The notes under the pieces: generated by a model
Seen by the model: the letters and a program-made list of their open reading frames with translations, nothing else
Told to the model about the DNA's origin: nothing
Databases searched by the model: none
Assembly: GCF_000020225.1 (NCBI RefSeq)
Contig: NC_010655.1
Location: 60,001 to 92,000, forward strand
Source: Akkermansia muciniphila ATCC BAA-835
Lineage (GTDB): Bacteria; Verrucomicrobiota; Verrucomicrobiia; Verrucomicrobiales; Akkermansiaceae
Reading direction: 5' to 3'
DNA length: 32,000 bases
Shown here: piece by piece, positions 25,336 through 32,000 of the stretch
Layout: each line of letters begins with the position of its first letter
Position numbering within the stretch: the stretch's first letter is position 1
Position numbers and translations under genes: made by a program

Positions 25336-26056
25336 TAGCCATCTCACTATGTCTCATAAAATTGCATTGCGTACCCAGCGGGAAGGTACAATTATTAATA
25401 CTACTTCATCCAAGCAGGAAAAATTATTACGTCAAGCTGTGAAATCTGTTTCTATGCGTCTGAAAAAGAAATTTCCCGGAATCACCCTTGAATGGGAACC
25501 ACAAGCTAAATTGATAGATATTATTGTCCACCTTCGAACCCAATTCCCTGATGTTGACTTTGCAGCCCCCTCGTGCGCTTCTTCAATGAAACCAGACGGT
25601 GGAATTCTTTATATGAAAAGTGAAGATGAACGGCGATTTCCTATCCTCATATCAGAAAAGAAAAACCAAGGTACAAATGATATGAGGGCAAAGGAAGGAA
25701 AAAAAAGACAAGCTCAGGGGAATGCCATAGAAAGATTAGGAAAAAACGTCATTGGTTTCCGAGCTTCCATGATTAGAGAGTCAATTTTTCCCTTTGTTTG
25801 TTTTGGAGATGGTTGTGATTTCGTTGAAGGTTCATCCATAAGAGACCGTGTCATCACCATAGCCATGTTCGGTCAGCTCAACAAAGAATATGTTTATGCT
25901 CAAGGTCGAGGAGAACTTTTTAACAGGGGATCTTTCTATTTCCGAGAAAAACAATGGACTGAACAAGAAATGGCAGACATCTCGTTCTCTATAGCCAGCA
26001 AAGCCATCTTCTATTATTTTTCCAGATATGGAGAATCAACTTTTTTCGATAATTGA
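25319..26056 (+). CDS. EcoRI-family Type II restriction endonuclease
   Basis: It matches the EcoRI sequence as I recall it. SSMKPDGGILYMK..ILISEKKNQG corresponds to SSIKPDGGIVEVK..VLVAEAKHQG (PD..E.K catalytic motif; D at 25595-25597, E at 25655-25657). QAQGNAIERLGKNV corresponds to AAGNAIERSHKNI (extended-chain recognition motif, 25718-25735). FPFVCFGDGCDF corresponds to FPYVLFLEGSNF. The start is either TTG 25319 (overlaps the MTase stop; N-terminus MSKNSNSHLTMSHK resembles EcoRI MSNKKQSNRLTEQHK) or ATG 25349. Confidence 0.8.
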   Translation: MSKNSNSHLTMSHKIALRTQREGTIINTTSSKQEKLLRQAVKSVSMRLKKKFPGITLEWEPQAKLIDIIVHLRTQFPDVDFAAPSCASSMKPDGGILYMKSEDERRFPILISEKKNQGTNDMRAKEGKKRQAQGNAIERLGKNVIGFRASMIRESIFPFVCFGDGCDFVEGSSIRDRVITIAMFGQLNKEYVYAQGRGELFNRGSFYFREKQWTEQEMADISFSIASKAIFYYFSRYGESTFFDN

Positions 26057-26368
26057 TTGGAGCACATTTTTAAAATTATTCAAAAAATATTCTAGATTTT
26101 AATATTTAGCAAATTACTCAGATGAAAAAACAGAGAAGCTCAATAAAACTAGACTAAAATAAACAATCTCGATATTTTACAGAGAATTTCGACTCAAAAC
26201 GTTCAAAATCAGTCGATTTTAAATTAAATAATTCTGAATTTAATTTGCTTATTAGGAAAAACCACATCCATTCCGTGCCTTTTACGTTAGAAAATTCCGC
26301 CGTCCGAACCAGGAAACAGCATGCCCGGCGCCTTGCGGAATCCCCGCACGGAACAATCGGGCGGAAAG

Positions 26369-26737
26369 TTACATTTCGAACCGGTGCAGGTTTTCCACAT
26401 GGGAATAACCCATCTTCCTGAGCGCTTCCAGCGCCTTGTCCGCTCTCTTTCCCGTACGGCAATACAGCATAATCACGGCGTTCTTATCGGGAAGAAGCCG
26501 GGGGGCCAGTTGTTCCACCTCATCTGCCGGAATATTCAAGGCGCCCTCCTTATGTCCCGTGCGGTACTCATCCAGAGTCCGGACATCCACCAGCACAACA
26601 GGACGCGCGGCGGCGCCTTCCGGAGACACAACCATGGCGGAGGAAGCAGGGTCACGTTCCGCATTCCTGCCTTTCAGCCAAACGAAGAGGGCCGTCAGCC
26701 CGGTCACCATGACCACGTACAAAACCACGTTTTTCAC
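26369..26737 (-). CDS. Membrane-anchored single-domain rhodanese (sulfurtransferase)
   Basis: 122 aa with an N-terminal TM segment (VVLYVVMVTGLTALFVWL). Rhodanese motifs are present: LVDVRTLDEYRTGHKEGALNIP and the active-site loop YCRTGKRA. Confidence 0.8.
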   Translation of the reverse strand: MKNVVLYVVMVTGLTALFVWLKGRNAERDPASSAMVVSPEGAAARPVVLVDVRTLDEYRTGHKEGALNIPADEVEQLAPRLLPDKNAVIMLYCRTGKRADKALEALRKMGYSHVENLHRFEM

Positions 26738-26885
26738 GCGGCCACTTCACTAAACCGCGGCGAAGTAATCAAGAGAAAACAACGCCCTGCCCACATGCGC
26801 AGGCGTCATTTGCCGCCCACGCAGCACCGGCGGCTCCGTTCCACGGGAAAACAATGCGCCGGATACAGAAGAAATACGCAGAAGC

Positions 26886-26911
26886 GGGAAGGGACAGAGC
26901 TTTCCCTTCCC
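26886..26911 (-). terminator. Hairpin 3' of the FAH-family gene (terminator candidate)
   Basis: 9-bp stem GGGAAGGGA (26886-26894) / TCCCTTCCC (26903-26911). On the minus strand it is followed by a moderately T-rich GCTTCTGCGTATTTCTTC. Confidence 0.4.
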
Positions 26912-26945
26912 CCTCCACATTCAACAAGGCCGGAGAACCATTCCC

Positions 26946-27824
26946 CTACCCCTCATCATCAATTACCACAGCCTGGGAAGCGAAGCCAAAAGCGGGGCTT
27001 CCCCATTCCACCACATCCCCGGGTTTCAAATATACCGGAGGCTTCATCCCCATCCCCACGCCTCCCGGAGTGCCGGTGGAAACCACATCTCCGGGCCATA
27101 AAGTCATGAACCGGGAAACATAGGCAATCAGACGCGGAACAGGCCAGATCAAGCCGTCCGTATTGCCGCTCTGGCGCACTTCCCCGTTCACTTTCAATTC
27201 CAGAGGAATGCCGGAGCCGTCCCCAAGTTCATCAGCGGAAATGAACGTGGGCCCCATCGGGGCAAAGCTGTCATAGCTCTTCCCCTTGGTCCACTGCCCG
27301 CCATGTTCCAGCTGGTTGGCCCTTTCCGAATAGTCGCACATCAGGGTATAGCCGCTGATAGCCCGTGCGGCCTCCTCTGGGGAAGCGTTTTTCAGCACAT
27401 CCTTAATCACTACGGCCAATTCAATCTCATAATCCAGCTTGTCGCAGCCGGGCGGATACAAAACAACATCACTGCAGGAAGTAATGGCGGAAGGCGACTT
27501 CAGAAAAACAGCCGGTTCCTGCACGGAATCCCCGTCAAACTCCTTCGCATGGTCTGCATAACTTTTTCCCAGGCACACCAGCTTGGAAGGGGAACAGGGC
27601 AGCGCGGTATCAATCATCCATTCAGGGTTGACAGCTTTGGCGGCGGCACTATCCAGAAACGCGACAATGCGCTTCATTTCCTCTCCGCAGGAACCCGTTT
27701 CTCCGCAAATGCAGGCATCAGCCTCGGCAAGCACGGAGTCCGCCGCCAGGTATTCCCCGCGGCTTTCGCTCCACAGAGCCATGATGCGCTCCGCCTGGTC
27801 ATTCAGGTAAAATCTGATCTTCAC
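26946..27824 (-). CDS. Fumarylacetoacetate hydrolase (FAH) family protein
   Basis: 292 aa. Contains CLGKSYADHAKEF, PAVFLKSPSA, DYEIELAVVI, and WPGDVVSTGTPGGVGMG..YLKPGDVV, which is typical of the FAH / 2-keto-4-pentenoate hydratase fold. Confidence 0.85.
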   Translation of the reverse strand: MKIRFYLNDQAERIMALWSESRGEYLAADSVLAEADACICGETGSCGEEMKRIVAFLDSAAAKAVNPEWMIDTALPCSPSKLVCLGKSYADHAKEFDGDSVQEPAVFLKSPSAITSCSDVVLYPPGCDKLDYEIELAVVIKDVLKNASPEEAARAISGYTLMCDYSERANQLEHGGQWTKGKSYDSFAPMGPTFISADELGDGSGIPLELKVNGEVRQSGNTDGLIWPVPRLIAYVSRFMTLWPGDVVSTGTPGGVGMGMKPPVYLKPGDVVEWGSPAFGFASQAVVIDDEG

Positions 27825-27990
27825 CCTTCCATCCTACAAAGCTCCTCCTTTTAAGCAAAGAGCGGTTCCGTCATTCTTCTCTCCGGCGGCCCTCTTCCGC
27901 CGCCCGGACGCTCTGTGAAAGCATGCAGCGCGTAGGGCTTGCGTTACTGGAGCAAAACATTATCATGCCACTGCTTAACATCATTAACCT

Positions 27991-29547
27991 ATGTCCGATC
28001 AAATCTACTTTTTTGACACTACCCTGCGCGATGGAGAACAATGCCCCGGAGCATCCATGAACCTACGCGAAAAGCTGGAAGTGGCGCGTCAAATGGAACG
28101 GCTGGGCATGGACGTGATTGAAGCCGGCTTTCCCTGCATCTCCGACGGCGACTTTGAAGCCGTGCACACCATCGCCCGCGAAATCAAAAAATGCCGCATC
28201 GCTGGTCTGGCCCGCTGCGTAAAGGCGGACATTGAAGCGGCGGCCAAAGCCCTGGAACCCGCCGGGGAACGTGCCCGCATCCACATTTTCCTGGCCACCA
28301 GCAAGCTGCACATGCAGTTCAAACTGAAAAAAGCGGAATCCGAAATCCTGCGCATGGCCGCGGAAGGCGTATCCTATGCCAAACAATTTGTCCAGGACGT
28401 GGAATTTTCCCCGGAGGACGCTTCCCGCACAGACCTGGACTTCCTGACCAAAGTCGTGGAAACAGTCATCGACGCCGGCGCCACTACCGTCAACATTCCG
28501 GATACCGTGGGCTACACCACACCGGACGAGTTCTACCGCATCATCCGCCACCTGAAGGAAAATGTGCCGAACATCGGCAAAGCCGTCATCTCCGTGCATT
28601 GCCACAATGACCTTGGCCTGGCCGTAGCAAACTCCCTGGCAGCCGTCCGCGCCGGAGCCCGCCAGGTGGAAGGAACCATTAACGGCATCGGCGAACGCGC
28701 CGGAAACGTGGCTCTGGAAGAGGTCATCATGGCCCTGCGCACCCGCGCCGGACAATTCGGAGACGTCACGGACAACATCAACACGAAGGAAATCGTCCGC
28801 ACTTCCCGCATCGTGGCCCGCATGAGCGGCATGCAGGTGCAGCGGTCCAAAGCCATCGTGGGGGAAAACGCTTTCGCCCACTCTTCAGGCATCCACCAGC
28901 ACGGCATCCTCAACTGCCGGGAGACCTATGAAGTCATGGACCCGCAGGCGGTCGGCTGGGGAGCCACGGAACTCCCGCTCACCAAGCATTCCGGACGCGC
29001 TGCCGTCAAATCCAGGCTGGAACAGCTGGGCCATGTCCTTACGGAAGAGGAAGTCAACACCGTCTTTGAACGCTTCAAGAAAGTGGGCGACTCCAAAAAA
29101 TTCGTTTATGATGATGATCTTTCCGCCATTGTGGACGACTCCCTGCATGCCTCCACCGGTCTATGGGAACTGGACTTCCTGCAATTCGTGGCAGGCAGCC
29201 ACGCGCGGCCCACGGCTACGGTGGGACTGCTCAAGGAAGGCAAGAAATTTGAAGACAGCTCCACGGGCAATGGCGCCGTGGACGCCGTTATCAAAGCCAT
29301 TGAGCGCATCACCAGGCGCAAAGGCACGCTGAAAGGCTACAGCGTCAACGCCGCTTCCGAAGGGAAGGACGCTCTGGGAGAAGTAACAGTGCATGTGGAC
29401 TTCGGCCAGCCCAAGCCCATTGTGGGCAAGGGAGCCTCCACAGATGTCATTGAAGCTTCCGCCCGGGCCTACCTGAACGCGGTCAACCGTTCTATCCGCA
29501 TGGAAAACATGCCCCAGCCCAATAATCTGGATGCAGGAACCATCTAA
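27991..29547 (+). CDS. leuA: 2-isopropylmalate synthase (intact, with C-terminal LeuA regulatory domain)
   Basis: 518 aa. Contains [47 protein letters not shown] and HSSGIHQHG, plus a C-terminal roughly 130-aa LeuA dimerisation/regulatory domain. Confidence 0.92.
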   Translation: MSDQIYFFDTTLRDGEQCPGASMNLREKLEVARQMERLGMDVIEAGFPCISDGDFEAVHTIAREIKKCRIAGLARCVKADIEAAAKALEPAGERARIHIFLATSKLHMQFKLKKAESEILRMAAEGVSYAKQFVQDVEFSPEDASRTDLDFLTKVVETVIDAGATTVNIPDTVGYTTPDEFYRIIRHLKENVPNIGKAVISVHCHNDLGLAVANSLAAVRAGARQVEGTINGIGERAGNVALEEVIMALRTRAGQFGDVTDNINTKEIVRTSRIVARMSGMQVQRSKAIVGENAFAHSSGIHQHGILNCRETYEVMDPQAVGWGATELPLTKHSGRAAVKSRLEQLGHVLTEEEVNTVFERFKKVGDSKKFVYDDDLSAIVDDSLHASTGLWELDFLQFVAGSHARPTATVGLLKEGKKFEDSSTGNGAVDAVIKAIERITRRKGTLKGYSVNAASEGKDALGEVTVHVDFGQPKPIVGKGASTDVIEASARAYLNAVNRSIRMENMPQPNNLDAGTI

Positions 29548-29555
29548 CACGGGAA

Positions 29556-29581
29556 GCGCCCCGTTTGCCCGAACGGGGCGC
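29556..29581 (+). terminator. GC-rich hairpin after leuA (terminator-like, no U tract)
   Basis: 10-bp stem GCGCCCCGTT / AACGGGGCGC with a 6-nt loop, starting 9 nt after the leuA stop. It is followed by AACTCC, not a T run. Confidence 0.35.
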
Positions 29582-29668
29582 AACTCCGCCCATCAGCCTG
29601 CCAGCCTCTGCGGGGCTTGCTTTTCCATTGCTCCCATGCCATAAGGTTCAAAACTCTTACACCACCCC

Positions 29669-30583
29669 ATGAAAGCGACATTACTCCTTCTTTGCCTGGC
29701 GTGCAGCGCGCTGGCCGCGCCGCCGACAAAAAAACAGCCGGCCCCCGTTGAACCGCTGCCCGCCCTGGAAAAAAACACCATTGCCATTGACGGCCATCCG
29801 GAAAGCGTTGCAGCGGATGCCGAGGGCAATATCTATTTCACCTGCATCGGCTCCAGGCTCACGCCTACGGAAAAAGACAAGGACGGCTACCTGGGCGTCA
29901 TTCCGCACGGTTCCACAGAGCCGAAAAAAATCACGGACGTAGATACCCTGGACGCGCCGAAAGGGTTGCTGTATCAGGACGGCTTCCTTTACTGCACGGA
30001 CGTGGACATGGTATTCAAAATAAACGCCAAGACCGGCGCTATTGAAGGATACGTGGACTTGTCCCCATCCCGCATGAAATTCCTCAATGACCTGGCGTTC
30101 ATCAATGGCAGGCTCATGGTTTCCTCCACGGATACCAACCAGATCTTCTATGTGGACACGAATACCAGCTCTTATGGGGAACTGGTCACCAAACAACCCA
30201 TCTACAAACCGAACGGCCTGGCCTGGGACCCGGAAAGAAAGGTCATTTACCTCTGCGAATACGCAACGGATGAAAAAGGCAAACCCAGCGGACGCCTGCT
30301 CTCCATTAACCCCGTTTCCCGGGAAGTTACGGAACTTTCCAAGGAACGGGGACAGTATGACGGACTGGTTTACCGTGACAACGCCCTTTACTACAGCGAC
30401 TGGTCCAAGGATAAAAAACCGGAAGCTGTCCGCAGGCTGGATTTGAAGACGGGGCGTTCCGCCCCGGTAGCCACTGGCCCTGTTGAAGGGGCGGCGGACT
30501 TTATCCTGTATGACTCCATGATGGTGGTTCCGGGCATGACGGAAAAGAAAATCCACATCATGCCCATTGGCGGAAAAAAATAA
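29669..30583 (+). CDS. Secreted beta-propeller protein (SMP-30/gluconolactonase/NHL-like), function unknown
   Basis: 304 aa. Signal peptide MKATLLLLCLACSALA. Repeated blade-like segments are present (GNIYFT, GFLYCTD, GRLMVSS, KVIYLCE, NALYYSD). The family call is tentative. Confidence 0.6.
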   Translation: MKATLLLLCLACSALAAPPTKKQPAPVEPLPALEKNTIAIDGHPESVAADAEGNIYFTCIGSRLTPTEKDKDGYLGVIPHGSTEPKKITDVDTLDAPKGLLYQDGFLYCTDVDMVFKINAKTGAIEGYVDLSPSRMKFLNDLAFINGRLMVSSTDTNQIFYVDTNTSSYGELVTKQPIYKPNGLAWDPERKVIYLCEYATDEKGKPSGRLLSINPVSREVTELSKERGQYDGLVYRDNALYYSDWSKDKKPEAVRRLDLKTGRSAPVATGPVEGAADFILYDSMMVVPGMTEKKIHIMPIGGKK

Positions 30584-30616
30584 ACACGGCTGTTCCGTTT
30601 TTATTCCCCTTATCCG

Positions 30617-30653
30617 GGCCGCCGGCGGCATTCCCCGCGCTGGCGGCCTTTTT
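30617..30653 (+). terminator. Rho-independent terminator candidate after the beta-propeller gene
   Basis: Stem GGCCGCC (30617-30623) / GGCGGCC (30642-30648) followed by TTTTT. The loop is large (18 nt). Confidence 0.45.
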
Positions 30654-30702
30654 CAATTTACGGCTTGAAGTACACCTGGGGATGCGCTTAGTTAATGGAG
30701 AT

Positions 30703-31158
30703 ATGAACACGATTTCCGACCAAATCATGGAGGGGATGAAAACCGCCATGAAAGCAAAAGACTCCGTTACCCTCAATACCCTGCGCGCCCTCAAGACGGC
30801 TCTCACGAACACGGCCATCGCCAAGGGAGGCTTGGGAACCCGGCTGGAAGAAGCGGAAGAACTGGCCGTGGTCCGCAAGCAAATCAAGCAGCGTGAGGAT
30901 TCTGCGGAACAATTCCGCGCCGCCGGACGCCCGGAACTGGCGGAAAAGGAAGAGGCAGAAATCACCGTTCTCAAGCAATTCATGCCCGCAGAGCTTACAG
31001 CAGAAGAAACGGCGGCCATTCTGGAAACCGTGATGAAGGAAACGGGAGCCTCTGCCAAAAAAGATATGGGGCAGGTCATGAAACTCATGCAGGAACGCAC
31101 TGCCGGCAGAGTCAACGGCAAGGAGTTGGCCCGCATGGTGTCAGCCAGACTGTCATGA
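30703..31158 (+). CDS. yqeY: GatB/YqeY-domain protein
   Basis: About 151 aa. Contains MKTAMKAKD..LNTLRALKTAL..RKQIKQREDSAEQF..RPELAEKEEAEI..L..FMP and ..KDMGQVMKLM.., typical of YqeY. The ATG at 30703 follows GGAG (30697-30700). Confidence 0.85.
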   Translation: MNTISDQIMEGMKTAMKAKDSVTLNTLRALKTALTNTAIAKGGLGTRLEEAEELAVVRKQIKQREDSAEQFRAAGRPELAEKEEAEITVLKQFMPAELTAEETAAILETVMKETGASAKKDMGQVMKLMQERTAGRVNGKELARMVSARLS

Positions 31159-31850
31159 AATGCTGCGCCGCCATCATCGTTGCGGCCGGGTCCTCCCGGC
31201 GTGCCGGATTTGACAAGCTGCTGGCCCCCCTGCACGGCGTCAGGGTGCTGGAACGCAGCATCCGCGCCTTTGCCAACTGCCGGGAAATCACGGAAATCGT
31301 AGTCGTTTGCCCGGAGGAACGTTTTCATGCCATTAACGGCGCAAACCTGGAAACGGAAATACCCGTTACCCGTGTGGACGGAGGGGCGGAACGGCATGAA
31401 TCCGTGCAGAACGGACTGGCAGCCCTGCTTTATACCCCGGAATTCGTGGCCGTGCATGATGGAGCCCGCCCGCTCATTACGGTGGAGCAAATCTCCCGCT
31501 GCATTCAAACCGCCAGGGAATATGGGGCGTCCGCTTCCGCACATCCCGTAACGGACACCCTGAAGCGTGCGGACAAAGAACACTTTACGCTTCCGGAACA
31601 GGTGGAACGGGACGGGCTGTGGTGCATGGAAACCCCGCAGGTCTTTCAATATCCTCTTCTCCTGGACGCCTATGTGGAAGTCACGGAACGGAATATTCAG
31701 GTAACGGATGAAGTAACCGCCCTGCAACTCATCGGCCATCCTACGCGCCTGGTGCATAATCATGAGCCCAATCCCAAAATCACATGGCCGGAAGATATTT
31801 CCCGCGCTGAAATGCTAATGGAACTCAAGCACCTCCGCAATGACTCATGA
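31155..31850 (+). CDS. ispD: 2-C-methyl-D-erythritol 4-phosphate cytidylyltransferase
   Basis: 231 aa. Contains AAIIVAAGSSRRAGFDKLL (the P-loop-like IspD motif), VHDGARPL, and ETPQVF. The start overlaps the yqeY stop (ATGA). Confidence 0.9.
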   Translation: MKCCAAIIVAAGSSRRAGFDKLLAPLHGVRVLERSIRAFANCREITEIVVVCPEERFHAINGANLETEIPVTRVDGGAERHESVQNGLAALLYTPEFVAVHDGARPLITVEQISRCIQTAREYGASASAHPVTDTLKRADKEHFTLPEQVERDGLWCMETPQVFQYPLLLDAYVEVTERNIQVTDEVTALQLIGHPTRLVHNHEPNPKITWPEDISRAEMLMELKHLRNDS

Positions 31851-32000
31851 CCGGCCTTCTGTGTAAGAATCCCCGCATCGTTCTCATTCTGGGAACAGGG
31901 TATCTGGGAAAAGCCCTGGCGGAAAGCCTGCGGAAAGCGGGACATACGGCCCTGACGGCGGATATTGACCCGCAAAAAGCCATTTACGAAGCAGACGTTG
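31847..32000 (+). CDS. NAD(P)-binding Rossmann-fold protein, 3'-truncated by the window edge
   Basis: The ATG at 31847 overlaps the ispD stop (ATGA). Translation is MTGLLCKNPRIVLILGTGYLGKALAESLRKAGHTALTADIDPQK.., with a GxGxxG dinucleotide-binding motif. The frame is open to the end of the window. Confidence 0.6.
   Translation, partial: MTGLLCKNPRIVLILGTGYLGKALAESLRKAGHTALTADIDPQKAIYEADV

Larger units (their letters stand above)
23240..26243. other. AT-rich genomic islet carrying a restriction-modification cassette (probable horizontal acquisition)
   Basis: Base composition drops abruptly to roughly one-third G+C by eye. The drop starts 6 nt after the GH89 stop and composition recovers near 26260. 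Codon usage in the islet ORFs is A/T3-rich. The edges carry an imperfect inverted repeat: TTAAATTCAG[TTAG]AATTAT at 23240-23259 versus the reverse complement of 26228-26243. No integrase or transposase is present. Confidence 0.7.

Noticed and set aside
26321-27109. 262-aa plus-strand ORF spanning the rhodanese and FAH genes in antisense
   Set aside because: It crosses an intergenic region and two well-supported minus-strand genes. Its translation is Arg/His/Pro-rich low complexity.
27923-28060. Leu/Ile-rich upstream ORF (MQRVGLALLEQNIIMPLLNIINLCPIK..) overlapping the start of the intact leuA, as a possible branched-chain leader peptide
   Set aside because: It runs about 70 nt into the leuA coding sequence in another frame. 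It has no consecutive Leu run and no obvious terminator between it and leuA. This is not the geometry of a classical attenuator, so I kept only the cleaner candidate at 7598-7648.
29681-31763. Minus-strand ORFs 29681-30631 (316 aa) and 30558-31763 (401 aa)
   Set aside because: They are antisense to the beta-propeller, yqeY and ispD genes, which have clear motifs, signal peptide and operon-style overlaps. No motifs appear in the antisense translations.

Overview
This is a 32 kb chromosomal window of about 55-60% G+C by eye. The gene content looks like an Akkermansia-type Verrucomicrobiota genome, which is inference only. The backbone reads: priA (5'-truncated), dapF, a membrane protein, tRNA-His, ubiE/menG, a MATE exporter and tRNA-Met(CAT). 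Next come a decayed leuA-like pseudogene with a Leu-run leader peptide, recJ and a secreted GH84 glycosidase. These are followed by a znuA-(unknown ORF)-znuC-znuB metal-uptake operon, mcsA-mcsB-clpC and a secreted GH89 alpha-N-acetylglucosaminidase. After the islet described below come a rhodanese, an FAH-family hydrolase, intact leuA, a secreted beta-propeller protein, yqeY, ispD and a partial Rossmann-fold ORF.

The main accessory feature is a roughly 3 kb, strongly AT-rich islet (about 23240-26243) between the GH89 gene and the rhodanese gene. It carries a Type II-like restriction-modification pair: a Dam/D12-like N6-adenine methyltransferase followed by an EcoRI-family endonuclease. Twenty-seven perfect copies of the heptanucleotide GCAGGAA lie between the methyltransferase start codon and its conserved body. 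With 27 copies the ATG is out of frame with the enzyme. Gaining one copy or losing two would restore the frame, so this looks like a slipped-strand phase-variation switch that is OFF in this sequence.

Everything here was read by hand. Hairpin and promoter coordinates and homology calls rest on my recollection of family motifs, not on searches.
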